Shown one piece after another: positions 16,932-26,765 of a stretch of DNA of 64,000 nt. The DNA comes from an uncultured Chloroflexota bacterium (GTDB lineage: Bacteria > Chloroflexota > UBA6077 > CF-72), in NCBI GenBank assembly GCA_964435115.1, contig CAYSYM010000014.1, positions 115-64,114 of the forward strand, written 5' to 3'. The notes under the pieces are model-generated. The model did no database searches. It saw only the letters and a list, made by a program, of their open reading frames with translations, and was not told the DNA's origin. Position 1 is the stretch's first letter. Every line of letters begins with the position of its first letter. A program made the translations under genes and the position numbers.

Positions 16932-17438
16932 TCAGGCGATGTCGGGGTCACCTTCCACGTCGACCCGGACGGGGGCGCTCGCTTCGGCCTCGGCCGGTTC
17001 GGCGAACGCCGCCGTCAGCTCGTCCGCCCAGCGCTCGGCGTCCACGAACTGAATCGCGTACGCCCCGTCGTCCTCGGTTGGCGCGGCCGGGATCCGGGCG
17101 TCGATCCACCCCTCGCGCAGCCCGCGCACGACGACCTCGGTGGCGCGAGTGACGAACTGGGTGTAGCTCACCCTGGCCAGCCCGAGCGCTTCATACGTCT
17201 CCCGCCCGCGCCCGTCAGCCGTCCACATCAGCTCGATGAGCTTCAGATGGCGCGGGTAGAACTCCGCCACGCGCTGGTCGGGCGGGGCAAACCAGCGGTC
17301 CACGAGCCCTTCGAGCGGACCCATCGTCCGGAAGGGTCCGCCGCAGTCCCCGCAGGCGCGCTCCTCGCCCTCGCGCAGCCACCCCCGGGCCCCGCACCGG
17401 TCGCAGATCACGCGCCGCAGGCGCGGGTCAGCAGCCAT
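16932..17438 (-). CDS. Hypothetical protein with N-terminal CxxC...CxxC zinc ribbon
   Basis: MAADPRLRRVICDRCGARGWLREGEERACGDCGGPF... is followed by a globular domain and an acidic tail. Codon and amino-acid usage is consistent with real genes. Confidence 0.55.
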   Translation of the reverse strand: MAADPRLRRVICDRCGARGWLREGEERACGDCGGPFRTMGPLEGLVDRWFAPPDQRVAEFYPRHLKLIELMWTADGRGRETYEALGLARVSYTQFVTRATEVVVRGLREGWIDARIPAAPTEDDGAYAIQFVDAERWADELTAAFAEPAEAEASAPVRVDVEGDPDIA

Positions 17439-17509
17439 CCTTGCCCTTCCCGCCGCGCTGCCGTCGCCGCACCGGCGCGATCGCGGCCCAGCGGTGGCCA
17501 GAGGCAGCG

Positions 17510-17704
17510 CTACTCATCCGAGCGGGCGATGAGGCGAATGGCGATCTCCCACACCAGGACGTAGATGGCGAGGAGGGCCAGCACTACCGCGAGGGTGAGC
17601 AGGTTGCTGATCTGGCCGAACGTGCGGATGTCCGCGAGCTTGGTGTAGACGGCGAGCAGCAGCGCCACCACCGCCCCGGCGGCGAACACGCCGCTCACCA
17701 GCAT
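17510..17704 (-). CDS. Small two-TM membrane protein; start uncertain (could extend to 17872)
   Basis: MLVSGVFAAGAVVALLLAVYTKLADIRTFGQISNLLTLAVVLALLAIYVLVWEIAIRLIARSDE. The longer form would overlap the divergent gene that starts at 17865. Confidence 0.4.
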   Translation of the reverse strand: MLVSGVFAAGAVVALLLAVYTKLADIRTFGQISNLLTLAVVLALLAIYVLVWEIAIRLIARSDE

Positions 17705-17864
17705 CGTCGCCCCGCCCGAGGCGGTGGTCCGCGGTGGGCGGTAGTCCTCGAACGTCGGGGGGCGGCTGGCGCTGGCGACGGGCTCGCGCTCCTCGCGCTC
17801 TGAGCGGGGGCGGGTGGGGGTTGACACGGCGTCAGTCAATGGTAAGCATTCCTGGGTCTCAATC

Positions 17865-19076
17865 GTGCGCATCTTCTTCGCAGTCCCTCGCGCGGCGTGG
17901 GTCGACCTCAATCTGCGGCGCTCGCTGGAAGCGATGGGCCACGAGCTGATTCCGTTCACCTTTCCCGGGTGGCCGGACGACGCAGACCCCGCCTGGCGCG
18001 ACCGGGGGAAGCCTGCCACCAACCAGCGCCTGCTCGATGCGTTCCAGTCAGCGCTGCGCCGCGGACGGGTCGACCTCTTCTACGGCTACCTCTACAGCTC
18101 GGTGGTCTACCCGGAGACCATCCAGACGCTGCGCGGGTTCGGCGTGCCAACCGTCAACTTCTCCTGCAACAACGTCCACCAGTTCGAGCTGGTAGAGCGC
18201 ATCGCGCCCCAGTTCGACCTGTGCGTCGTCCCGGAGCAGCAGGCCGTGGCTCGATTCCAGGCGGTGGGGGCGCGTCCCATCCGCATCCAGCTCGCCGCCA
18301 ATCCGGCGGTCTACCGGCCCTACCCGCTGGCCAGGACGGTCGACGTGGCGTTCGTCGGCCAACGCTATGCCGACCGCGCCGACCTCCTAAGCCACCTGTA
18401 CCGCCACGGCATCCAGGTGCGCGCCTGGGGCGCGGGCTGGCAGAAGCGCAAGAAGCCGAACCTCCAGACGATCAAGGCGGCCCTCGCGCTCGTCGAAGAC
18501 GAGCGGCTGGACGGCGTGCGTCGGCTCCTGCGGTCCAGGGGCGCGGCCGCGGCACCCGCGCCGGCTGTCGACGCGAACGTAGAGCGCGACGTCGCGGCCT
18601 TCGGGGGGCCCCGGCTGCTGCAGGGCGACCTGGTCAGGACCTTCAGCCGCAGCCACGTCAGCCTTGGCTTCGCCACGGCTGGCGACTCGCACCGTGGCCC
18701 GCGGCGACTCACCCACCTGCGGCTGCGCGAGTTCGAAGCCCCGATGAGCGGCGCGCTCTACCTGACGGAACGCCAGGACGAGCTGGCGGAGTACTTCCGC
18801 ATTGGCGAGGAGGTGCTCTGCTACGAGAGTCGGGACGACCTGCTGGCGCAGGTCCGCTACTATCTGGCGCACCCGGAACAGGCCGAGCGCGTCCGCCGCG
18901 CCGGCTACGAGCGCGCGTTGAGAGAGCACACCTGGCAGCACCGGTTCCGCGAGCTGTTCGCCGCGCTGGGCCTGCGCGCGGCCACGGCTCAGGAGGTGGG
19001 CCAGCGGCGGGCGTACGCTGGCACAGGCGGCGGCCCACCTGCTGCGGCTCCTCCAGCGAAAGCGCCCAGCGCTTGA
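17865..19076 (+). CDS. CgeB-family glycosyltransferase (DUF3880 / Glyco_trans_1_2-like)
   Basis: The GTG at 17865 gives VRIFFAVPRAAWVDLNLRRSLEAMGHELIPF. The C-terminus LREFEAPMSGALYLTERQDELAEYFRIGEEVLCYESRDDLLAQVRYYLAHPEQAERVRRAGYERALREHTW is typical of CgeB-like GTs. Confidence 0.75.
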   Translation: MRIFFAVPRAAWVDLNLRRSLEAMGHELIPFTFPGWPDDADPAWRDRGKPATNQRLLDAFQSALRRGRVDLFYGYLYSSVVYPETIQTLRGFGVPTVNFSCNNVHQFELVERIAPQFDLCVVPEQQAVARFQAVGARPIRIQLAANPAVYRPYPLARTVDVAFVGQRYADRADLLSHLYRHGIQVRAWGAGWQKRKKPNLQTIKAALALVEDERLDGVRRLLRSRGAAAAPAPAVDANVERDVAAFGGPRLLQGDLVRTFSRSHVSLGFATAGDSHRGPRRLTHLRLREFEAPMSGALYLTERQDELAEYFRIGEEVLCYESRDDLLAQVRYYLAHPEQAERVRRAGYERALREHTWQHRFRELFAALGLRAATAQEVGQRRAYAGTGGGPPAAAPPAKAPSA

Positions 19077-19079
19077 GGC

Positions 19080-19847
19080 GTGACCGGGCAGCGTGCGCGT
19101 CCAGCCCAGGAGCGGCTGGCCGACGATCCGACCTCCGAGTTGTGGGGCGAGCACCTGAGCCGGTACCGGTTCGCGTGCCAGGGAGCGGCGGGCCTCCGCG
19201 TGCTGGATGTCGCCTGCGGGGCGGGGTTTGGCCTGCGCCGGCTGCGCCAGGCCGGCGCTCGCGCGTTCGGGTTCGATCTTGACCTGTCCGCGCTGCGCGC
19301 GAGTCGCGACACCCAGGCCGTGCCGGTGGCAGCGGCGGATGCAGGGCGCCTGCCGCTGGCTGACGACTCGATCGACCTGGCCGTGTCGTTCGAGACGCTC
19401 GAGCACGTCCCGGATGCGGAGGTGATGGTGGCCGAGCTGCGCCGGGTGATCCGGCCGGCGGGTCGGCTCATCCTGTCAACCCCCAATCGCGCGTTCGGCC
19501 CACCCGAGCTCCACACGCGCAACCCGTTCCACGTGCGAGAGTTCACCGGCCACGAGCTGCAGGCGCTCCTCGCCCGCCACTTCGAGCAGGTGGTGGTGCA
19601 CGGCCAGTGGCCGGAGCCGAGCTACCGCTACGTCCCGTTCCGCATGGTCGCGCCCGACCGCAGCGCCCGGGCCATGCTGTGGAAACTGCAGAACCGGCTG
19701 CCAGTCGCGGCCAGGGAGGCGCTGGCGCGAGCGGTGAGCGGGGGCCCGTTCTACCCGGGGGAGACGGACTACCGGTTCCTGCCTGAGGCGTGGGCCGGTG
19801 CGCACGGCTTGCTGGCCGTGGCAGCGCGACCCCGCGCGCGCTCGTGA
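19080..19847 (+). CDS. Class I SAM-dependent methyltransferase
   Basis: Motif I VLDVACGAGFG. Post-I and motif II/III LADDSIDLAVSFETLEHV...IRPAGRLILSTPN. Confidence 0.85.
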   Translation: MTGQRARPAQERLADDPTSELWGEHLSRYRFACQGAAGLRVLDVACGAGFGLRRLRQAGARAFGFDLDLSALRASRDTQAVPVAAADAGRLPLADDSIDLAVSFETLEHVPDAEVMVAELRRVIRPAGRLILSTPNRAFGPPELHTRNPFHVREFTGHELQALLARHFEQVVVHGQWPEPSYRYVPFRMVAPDRSARAMLWKLQNRLPVAAREALARAVSGGPFYPGETDYRFLPEAWAGAHGLLAVAARPRARS

Positions 19848-19853
19848 CCGCCC

Positions 19854-20810
19854 ATGCCAGCCCAGGTCGGTGTCGTCATCCCCACCTACAACCGGGCGGG
19901 GTACGTTGCCCAGGCGATCCAGAGCGCGCTCGACCAGGAGCTGCCGGGGGGCTCGGTCGAGGTGGTCGTCGTGGACGACGGCTCGACCGACGACACGGCA
20001 GACGTCGCGGCGCGATTTGGCTCACGCGTGCGCTACCTGCGGCAGGAGAATCGACGCGAAGGGGCGGCGCGCAACAATGGCGCCCGGCTGACCTCGGCGC
20101 CCTACCTCGCGTTCCTCGACTCGGACGACTACTACCTGCCAGGGAAGCTGGCGACGGACGTGAGACGGCTGCAGCAGCCCGACCGGCCCGCCCTGGTGTA
20201 CTCGCGCGCGCGCACCGTCGATCCCGCCGGACGGGAGATCGGCACGCGGGCGCTCCCGACACCTGAGGGCGACGTGTTCTGGGCGCTCGCGCGCGAGAGC
20301 TTCATCCCACTGAGCACGACGATCGTCCGCGCCGACGCCTTCCGCGCCTGCAACGGATTCGTCGAGGATCCGGCTCTCTCGGGTACGGCAGACTGGGAGC
20401 TGTGGATGCGCCTGGCGGCGCGCTGGCGCGTGGGGTACAGCGGGCAGGCCGCGACATGCGTGCGCGTCCACCCGCGCAACATGCTCGGCGATCCGGGCTG
20501 GATGGAACGGGCGATGCTGGCCGGCGTCCACCACGCGCTCAACGACGACGTGGTCGCACAGAGGGCGCGAGGAGCATACGGACGGGTGCGTTCACACATG
20601 TACGTCACGATCGCGCTCAACGCGTACGGGAACGGTCGCCGCGGGCGGAGCCTGTACTGGCTGGGGCGCGCGGTGCGTGAGTGGTCGCCGCAGGTGCGGG
20701 AGCGTCGGTTTCTCGGCGCACTCGCGCGGGCGGCGATCGGCCAGGGGACGATCAGGCGGCTCCGCCCGGCCGGGCCGAGGCGAAGCCAGGGATCGGCGGT
20801 GCGCCCGTGA
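19854..20810 (+). CDS. Glycosyltransferase family 2
   Basis: VGVVIPTYNRAGYVAQAIQSALDQ...VVVVDDGSTDDT...FLDSDD (DxD). Confidence 0.88.
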   Translation: MPAQVGVVIPTYNRAGYVAQAIQSALDQELPGGSVEVVVVDDGSTDDTADVAARFGSRVRYLRQENRREGAARNNGARLTSAPYLAFLDSDDYYLPGKLATDVRRLQQPDRPALVYSRARTVDPAGREIGTRALPTPEGDVFWALARESFIPLSTTIVRADAFRACNGFVEDPALSGTADWELWMRLAARWRVGYSGQAATCVRVHPRNMLGDPGWMERAMLAGVHHALNDDVVAQRARGAYGRVRSHMYVTIALNAYGNGRRGRSLYWLGRAVREWSPQVRERRFLGALARAAIGQGTIRRLRPAGPRRSQGSAVRP

Positions 20811-22078
20811 CCCACCGCTCCGGCCTTTTCGTGGGGTCCTCCGCGCAGCCAGACGCGGCTGAACGTGCGGCCGCGCAGCCCTGCGGCGAAGGCGCGCGTG
20901 CGCCGCTCCTCTTTGCACGGAGCCTGTTCCTCCCCGCGGACCTGGGCGGCAACCGCTACCCGTACGAGGTCGTGACGCGGCTCGGCGCGCGCGGCCACCC
21001 CGTGACCGTCGCCACCCCCCGCCTGCACGGGCAGTTTCCACGCCTCCCGAACGTCCGCTACCGCCACTACCCGGTCAGCCGCCGCCACCCGGCGCTCACG
21101 CACGCCACCAACCTCGTGAGTGGCGCCCTGGCCCTGCGGCCGGAACGCGGCCGGCACCCGGTGGCCCTGGCGGGCTCGTACGACGTCGCCCTCGCGCTGG
21201 ACTGGGCGGGCCTGCTCGCCCGCACCCCGCTCGTGTTCCTGTTCCACTCGGAGTACTACTCGGAGTGGGTCCAGGCCCTCGGGCGCGGCCCGGCGGCGAG
21301 GGTGCGACGCGCCATCCTGGGCTACATGGCGGTGGTGGAGCGGCGGGTGTTCGCGCGCAGCGCCCGCCTGGTCGCCGTGAGCGAGTTCTCGGCGCGCCAG
21401 ATACGCGAGCGTGCTCCAGGGACTCGGGAGAAGATCCGCGTCGTCCCGACCGGCGTCGACACCAGCTTCTTCAGGCCGCCGGACGATTGCGCGGCCGCCA
21501 AGCGCGCGATCGGCCAGCCACCGGATGGCCTGCTGATTCTCGGCGTCGGGCGCTTGGTCGGCGTCAAGCGGTTCGATCGACTCATCCAGGGGTTCGCGCG
21601 AGCCCGAATGGAAGGGGTCGAAGGCCGCCTGGTGATTGCCGGCGACGGCCCTGAGCGGCCCGGCCTGGACCGACTGGTCCGGGAGCTGGGGGTCGGTGAC
21701 GCCGTCGAGCTGGCCGGGTACTGCGACCCGCCCAGGCTGCGGTCGCTCATGCAGGCGGCGGACCTGCAGGTATGCAGCAGCGCGTTCGAGAATGCCTCGC
21801 TGGCGATCCTGGAGGCGTTCGCCAGCGGTGTGCCCGTGCTCGGGACGCCCGGCGGCGGCACGCCCGAGCTGGTGGGCGTGGTGGATGGGTCCCTGGTCTT
21901 GTCCGACGACAGCGCCGCCGCGATCGCCGGCGGGCTGAAGCGCCTGAGCGCCGACAGGGCCCGGCTGCGCCAGCTCGGGGTCCGGGCGCGAGCATTGGCA
22001 GCGGAACGGTACGACTGGGAGCGCGTGGTCGATCGACTCGAGTCCGTGTGTGGAGAGGTGAGTCCGTCGTGGGTGTAG
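20807..22078 (+). CDS. Glycosyltransferase family 4 (GT-B)
   Basis: GTG 20807 overlaps the upstream TGA (GTGA). GVDTSFFRP...LILGVGRLVGVKRFDRLI...SSAFENASLAILEAFASGVPVLGT (EX7E-type region). Confidence 0.85.
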   Translation: MTHRSGLFVGSSAQPDAAERAAAQPCGEGARAPLLFARSLFLPADLGGNRYPYEVVTRLGARGHPVTVATPRLHGQFPRLPNVRYRHYPVSRRHPALTHATNLVSGALALRPERGRHPVALAGSYDVALALDWAGLLARTPLVFLFHSEYYSEWVQALGRGPAARVRRAILGYMAVVERRVFARSARLVAVSEFSARQIRERAPGTREKIRVVPTGVDTSFFRPPDDCAAAKRAIGQPPDGLLILGVGRLVGVKRFDRLIQGFARARMEGVEGRLVIAGDGPERPGLDRLVRELGVGDAVELAGYCDPPRLRSLMQAADLQVCSSAFENASLAILEAFASGVPVLGTPGGGTPELVGVVDGSLVLSDDSAAAIAGGLKRLSADRARLRQLGVRARALAAERYDWERVVDRLESVCGEVSPSWV

Positions 22079-23100
22079 GCATCGCCGCGATCGGGTGCGG
22101 TTACTGGGGACCCAACGTCATTCGCAACCTGGCTGACCTGCCTGGCGTCGACCTGCGCCGCATTTGCGACGCGAATCCGGATCGGCTTCGCGCGGTCGCC
22201 AGCCGCCACCCCAGGGCGCGCGCCACGCTCGACGTGGACGAGGTCTTCGCGGATCCAACGGTTGCCGCCGTGTACCTGGCCACGCCCGTCAGCACCCACT
22301 ACCACCTCGTCAGGCAGGCGCTCCTGGCCGGCAAGCATGTCCTGGTCGAGAAGCCGCTCGCCACGACCGTCGAGCAGGCCGAGGAGCTGGCGGCTCTCGG
22401 CCGAGACCGGAGCCTGACGCTCATGGTCGGGCACACGTTCGTGTACAGCCCGCCGGTCCGGAAAGTGAAGGAGCTCATCGACAGGGGCGTTATCGGCGAG
22501 ATCTACCTGATCGAGACGACGCGCGTGAACCTGGGCCTGTTCCAGAAGGACGTGAGCGTGCTGTGGGACCTCGCGCCCCACGACCTCTCGATCCTGATGT
22601 ACTGGCTGGGGGAAGTGCCCGAGAACGTGAGCGCGCGGGGCCGCTCGTTCCACGGCGAGGAGCTGGAGGACGTCGCGTTCCTCACCATGGAGTTCCCCAG
22701 CCGCGTCCTGGCGCAGATGCAGGTGAGCTGGCTGGCGCCGACCAAGCTGCGCCGCACCAGCGTGATCGGCCGGCAGAAGATGGTGATCTACGACGACCTC
22801 GAGCCGGTCGAGAAGGTCAAAGTCTTCGATCGCGGCGTGGATCGCCAGCCCGATTCGTTCGGCGAGTACCAGCTCACCTACCGGTCGGGCGACATCCTGA
22901 GTCCGCGCCTGGACACGACCGAGCCGCTGCGGCTCGAGTGCGCCCACTTCCTGGAGTGCATCCAGTCAGGTAAAGAGCCTGACAGTGGAGCACGGAGCGG
23001 CGTGGACGTCGTCCGGGTGATCCAGGCCGCCGAGCGCTCGCTGCGTGCCGGGGGCGAGCTGCAGCGCGTCGAGCCCAGCCCGGCAGTGCTCGCCCGCTGA
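22069..23100 (+). CDS. Gfo/Idh/MocA family NAD(P)-dependent sugar(-nucleotide) oxidoreductase (WbpB-like)
   Basis: The GTG at 22069 gives VGVGIAAIGCGYWGPNVIRNL. HVLVEKPLA motif. The gene overlaps the upstream gene by 10 nt. Confidence 0.85.
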   Translation: MGVGIAAIGCGYWGPNVIRNLADLPGVDLRRICDANPDRLRAVASRHPRARATLDVDEVFADPTVAAVYLATPVSTHYHLVRQALLAGKHVLVEKPLATTVEQAEELAALGRDRSLTLMVGHTFVYSPPVRKVKELIDRGVIGEIYLIETTRVNLGLFQKDVSVLWDLAPHDLSILMYWLGEVPENVSARGRSFHGEELEDVAFLTMEFPSRVLAQMQVSWLAPTKLRRTSVIGRQKMVIYDDLEPVEKVKVFDRGVDRQPDSFGEYQLTYRSGDILSPRLDTTEPLRLECAHFLECIQSGKEPDSGARSGVDVVRVIQAAERSLRAGGELQRVEPSPAVLAR

Positions 23101-23101
23101 C

Positions 23102-23139
23102 CAGCAAGCGCAGCGCGCTCAGTGGCTCCGCGCTTGCTG
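23102..23139. terminator. 10-bp stem hairpin at a convergent gene junction
   Basis: CAGCAAGCGC (23102-23111) pairs with GCGCTTGCTG (23130-23139), with an 18-nt loop. It starts 2 nt after the stop at 23100, and the 3' arm lies in the last codons of the minus-strand gene. Confidence 0.4.
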
Positions 23140-24657
23140 CTCCAGGTGGTTCAGCACGCGGGCTCCGCCGGCGCTGGCACCTTCGAGCCCGCTGCCCACC
23201 CGGTGCGCCCGCGCGGCCACGATTCGCCGCCAGGCGTGCACCAGGCCGGGGCTGCCGAGCACGAGCAGGGCTGGGGCAAGCATGATACGGTGCCTCACCA
23301 GGTTGCCCAGGTTCCCTTCCGAGAAGGCGAGCAGCAGCCAGGTAGCCAGGCCGTACAGCAGGAGGAGCGCCGGCGTCTGGCGGTCTCGGACCGGAGCGGC
23401 GAGTCCCACGGCCGTCGCCAGGATGAACACGTACCAGATCCCCATCTCCGCGCTCGCCACAAGGTCCCGCGTCGAGCGCACCTGCCAGGGGGCGGGCGCG
23501 AGGAGGCCGAAGGCGAGCGGCTCCAGCAGGTCGGCGGTGAGGCTGAAGGGTTCGGCGTCCCGGGCCGCGACGTCCTCGGGGACGGGTAGATCCGGCGCGT
23601 CGAGCGCCACCACGTCCACCTGCGCATCGATTTGCGATCGCGCGCTGAACGCTTCCCAGGCGCGGCGGTGGCGGACCTCCCTGACGACGTTGCCGATGCG
23701 CGACTCGACAGCCTGCCAGGCGTCGACGCCGCGCAGGGACGCGACGGCGAGCACGCCGGCGGCGGCGACGGCGAGGAGCGCCGCCACGAGCGCAAGCGAG
23801 CGGCCGCGGCCGCGGCGCGCGAGCCGGATTCCCAGCACCGGAACGGCTGCCGCGAGGACGAGCAGGAAGGCAGCGAGACGGAGGTCGACCAGGATGGCGC
23901 TGGCCGCGGCCAGGAGGACGACTGCGTTGCCAGGCGTGGACGCTCGGGGACGCTCGGCGATGAGCCGCTGGAGCGCGTAGAGGGCCAGCACCAGCGCGAA
24001 GAGGACGGGGATCTCTTTCAGGGTGAGCGTGCTCCAGAACACCAGGCTTGGCAGCAGCGCACTGGAGATGCCGGCCAGCCGGGCGACGGTAGACCCGTAG
24101 GGAGGTCGGGCGATCTCGAACATGAGGACGGCGAGCAGCGCCCCGAGGGCCGCGTTGGCCACCCTGGGAATGAGCGGGGCGTAGCCGAAGAGCGCGTAGA
24201 TGCCCGCCACGGCGAGGGGGTAGGCGTTCTCCAGCACCTGCTTCTGCCCGGTGAAGAGGGACATGCCTTCACCCCGAGCGATGCGGACGAGCCACTGCGC
24301 CACGACGTCGTTGGCGTAGTCGTCCTGGAGCAGCGCGCCGTTCCCCGTTCCCGGGCGAGCGTAGAGGTACAGGCTGACGGCCAGGAGCGCACGGAGCCCG
24401 AACGCGGCCAGGAACAGGCGCTCGGCGAAGAGCCGCTCTTCGGTGGCGCGGCGTGCGAGCCACAGGCCCAGCTCCTGCACGGCCAGCACGCCGAGGAACG
24501 TGGACGGCCCGCCGACCACCAGTGCCGTGAGCGGCGCGAGCACCCGGACGACGATCCCCACACGCTCCCAGGTGGCTCCGCACCCCAGCCATCCCACCAG
24601 CGCGGGGACGGCAGGCACGCTCAGCGGAGTCGTCAGGCGGCCGGCACTGCCTGGCAC
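23119..24657 (-). CDS. Large polytopic membrane protein, GT-C-like (PMT_2/ArnT-like N-terminal region); function unknown
   Basis: 512 aa with more than 10 predicted TM segments plus a ~130-aa soluble loop. The N-terminal half resembles 4-amino-4-deoxy-L-arabinose/mannosyltransferase-type GT-C proteins (...YPLAVAGIYALFGYAPLIPRVANAALGALLAVLMFEIA...). Confidence 0.65.
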   Translation of the reverse strand: MPGSAGRLTTPLSVPAVPALVGWLGCGATWERVGIVVRVLAPLTALVVGGPSTFLGVLAVQELGLWLARRATEERLFAERLFLAAFGLRALLAVSLYLYARPGTGNGALLQDDYANDVVAQWLVRIARGEGMSLFTGQKQVLENAYPLAVAGIYALFGYAPLIPRVANAALGALLAVLMFEIARPPYGSTVARLAGISSALLPSLVFWSTLTLKEIPVLFALVLALYALQRLIAERPRASTPGNAVVLLAAASAILVDLRLAAFLLVLAAAVPVLGIRLARRGRGRSLALVAALLAVAAAGVLAVASLRGVDAWQAVESRIGNVVREVRHRRAWEAFSARSQIDAQVDVVALDAPDLPVPEDVAARDAEPFSLTADLLEPLAFGLLAPAPWQVRSTRDLVASAEMGIWYVFILATAVGLAAPVRDRQTPALLLLYGLATWLLLAFSEGNLGNLVRHRIMLAPALLVLGSPGLVHAWRRIVAARAHRVGSGLEGASAGGARVLNHLEQQARSH

Positions 24658-24750
24658 TGGCGGATACTACCATGTGGCCGTCCGCGGGACGCGGCGAAGG
24701 AGGGCGCACTGCTCAGGCGAGGTCCAGGCGTTCGGCGCTCCCCGCTCTAC

Positions 24751-25236
24751 ATGGTCGGGCTCGCGGGTGGATCGGCGCCGAGCCGCGCCACCCTGTGGCT
24801 TGCCGGCCTGGCCGCTGGCGCGGGGCTGCTGGTGCTCCTGCTGGCAGCCGCGACGTCCTGGTCGGCGCCGGAGCGGAGCCTGGCGCCGAGCCTCATGCGC
24901 CAGCTCGCCGCCGCCCGGTCCGCGCTGGCGGCCGGCACGGCCGACCTGCGCGAGCCATGCGACCTGGCGGGGGATGCGCGGATGAAGCTGTACGGCCAGC
25001 CCGGGGTCGACCGGCAGCGCGCTCCGTGGAAGGAGCTGGAGAGCGCCGCCCAGGCGGTGCAGGCCGCGTGCGGCCAGCTCCGGCTCGCCCAGACGCCGGG
25101 CACGAGCGGCCGAGACGCCGAGCAGGCGCGCGAGAGCTGGCGTGGCGAGGCCCAGGCGGACCTGAGGCGCGCCTGTGCGTCCCTGCGCCAGGCGGCCGAG
25201 CGCGTGGGAGAGCCTGGCCCGTCCTGCGCCGAGTAG
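24751..25236 (+). CDS. Hypothetical membrane-anchored/exported helical protein with 4 Cys
   Basis: The ATG at 24751 gives MVGLAGGSAPSRATLWLAGLAAGAGLLVLLLAAATSW (TM or signal anchor), followed by an Ala/Arg/Gln-rich helical region. Only the last 161 codons of track ORF 23632..25236 look real. Confidence 0.45.
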   Translation: MVGLAGGSAPSRATLWLAGLAAGAGLLVLLLAAATSWSAPERSLAPSLMRQLAAARSALAAGTADLREPCDLAGDARMKLYGQPGVDRQRAPWKELESAAQAVQAACGQLRLAQTPGTSGRDAEQARESWRGEAQADLRRACASLRQAAERVGEPGPSCAE

Positions 25237-25261
25237 AGGACGCGCGACGCGTCGAGTGGGC

Positions 25262-26470
25262 CTACGCGGCGCCGAGGAGCTCCTCGTACAGGCCCTCGGT
25301 GTCGCCGACCATCTTCTCGATGGAGAAGCACCGCTGGAGCCGCTCGCGGCCCGCGCTCCCGAGGGCTGACGCGCGTTCGGCGTCCAGGGCCAGCGCCGCG
25401 AGCGCGTCGGCCAGGGCGACCGGGTCGCCTGGGGGCACGAGCAGCCCCGTCTCGCCGTCCACGACGACCTCCGGGATCGTCGCCACTCTCGACGCGACGA
25501 TCGGCCGGCCGGCTGCCATCGCCTCCAGGAGCACAATGCCAAAGCCTTCCCAGATGGACGGCATGGCGAAGACGTCGATGGCCTGCATGATCGCGGCCAC
25601 GTCGCGCCGCGCGCCGAGGACGTGCACGCGGTCGGCGACCCCCAGCTCCTGCGCCAACTCGCGGAAGAACCCCTCGAGGTCGCCGGCGCCGACGATGGCA
25701 AGGTGCGCCCGCGGCACCTGCTCGAGGAGCAGCGGCATGGCGCGCACCAGGTGGCGCTGGCCCTTCTGCGGCGCCAGCCGCCCCACGTTGCCCACCAGGT
25801 AGACGTCCGCCCCGACGCCCAGCTCGTGCCGCACGCGGGCGCGAGCGCGCTGCGCCCCGGCGGCGTCTTCGGGCTCCAGCCCGTGGTAGACCCGCCTGAC
25901 CCGCCGGACGTCGCGCACGCCGCGAGCGATGGTGAAACGGGCGACGTGGTCGGAGATGGCGATGATCATGTCCTGGCGCGCCGAGATCAGGTAGTGGAGC
26001 GTGCCGATGAGCGGGTGCAGGAAGAAGCGGTCGTCGTTGTGGCGGGTCGAGACGAGGTGCAGGCGCTCGCCGCCCAGGCGTATGGCGGCCAGGCAGCCAT
26101 ACACGTCGGCACGAAAAAGGTGGGAGTGGAGGATGTGGTAGGAGCCGGCGCGGACGAGGCCGACCAGGCGCAGCAGGGCTGCGAGATCGACGCGCCAGCG
26201 CGCGTTGAGGCGATGGACCCTGATCCCCGCATCTTCGAACAGGGGGACGAGGTCGCCGCCCCAGCCCAGGACGGCCACCTCCATCGTGAAGCGACGCCGG
26301 TCCACATGGCGAGCGAGGGCGAGGAGGTGGTTCTCGGCTCCGCCCCGGTCGAGCGACGTAATGAGGTGGAGCACGCGAATCGGTCGAAGTGAGGAATCGG
26401 CGCGGTCGGCGGTGACCTCGGCGTCGTCCGGGATCGACGTGGCGCCCATGGAGGCGGCGGTGCTGCTCAC
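25262..26470 (-). CDS. Glycosyltransferase family 4
   Basis: IRVLHLITSLDRGGAENHLLALARH...FAMPSIWEGFGIVLLEAMAAGRPIVASRV...GETGLLVPPGD. Confidence 0.88.
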   Translation of the reverse strand: MSSTAASMGATSIPDDAEVTADRADSSLRPIRVLHLITSLDRGGAENHLLALARHVDRRRFTMEVAVLGWGGDLVPLFEDAGIRVHRLNARWRVDLAALLRLVGLVRAGSYHILHSHLFRADVYGCLAAIRLGGERLHLVSTRHNDDRFFLHPLIGTLHYLISARQDMIIAISDHVARFTIARGVRDVRRVRRVYHGLEPEDAAGAQRARARVRHELGVGADVYLVGNVGRLAPQKGQRHLVRAMPLLLEQVPRAHLAIVGAGDLEGFFRELAQELGVADRVHVLGARRDVAAIMQAIDVFAMPSIWEGFGIVLLEAMAAGRPIVASRVATIPEVVVDGETGLLVPPGDPVALADALAALALDAERASALGSAGRERLQRCFSIEKMVGDTEGLYEELLGAA

Positions 26471-26765
26471 GGGTGGCTCGCGCGAAGCATGGGGGCCAAC
26501 GTTCGGTGCGCTCAGACTCAGGTCGAGCCCCCGTGCTCCGCCCTCTCACGAGGGAGCGCGAAGCGCTCAGGCGCGGGCGGTCGGACGCTCGCGAAGGAGA
26601 CCTGCATGGTGGTAGGGCGACGGTCCGCCGGCGTCGCTTCCAGCCGGGCGACACCCGTGCCGCGGCCCGCCGCGGGCTATTCTAGTCGCTGGCCCACCTG
26701 CTCGGCCGCCTGGAACGGGGGATCGCGGAGCGCGTACAGTCGGGCGGAACGGAGGGCTCGGCTCC

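Noticed and set aside
20132-22947. Minus-strand ORFs 20132..21247 and 21322..22947 (371 and 541 aa)
   Set aside because: They are antisense shadows of the GT2, GT4 and Gfo/Idh/MocA genes, and their composition is dominated by Arg/Ala/Pro/Gly.
23632-24750. N-terminal 373 codons of track ORF 23632..25236
   Set aside because: This part is antisense to the 512-aa membrane protein and has Asp/Glu/Arg/Gly-rich nonsense composition. Only the part from ATG 24751, with its TM helix, looks genuine.
25239-25253. Small palindrome GACGCG-CGA-CGCGTC at the convergent junction after 25236
   Set aside because: It has only a 6-bp stem with a 3-nt loop. That is too weak in a 70% GC background to call a terminator.
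24667-26654. ORFs 24747..26654 (635 aa), 24667..25701 and 24672..25802
   Set aside because: They are Arg/Pro-rich shadows. The real genes here are the small plus-strand anchored protein (24751..25236) and the minus-strand GT4 (25262..26470).
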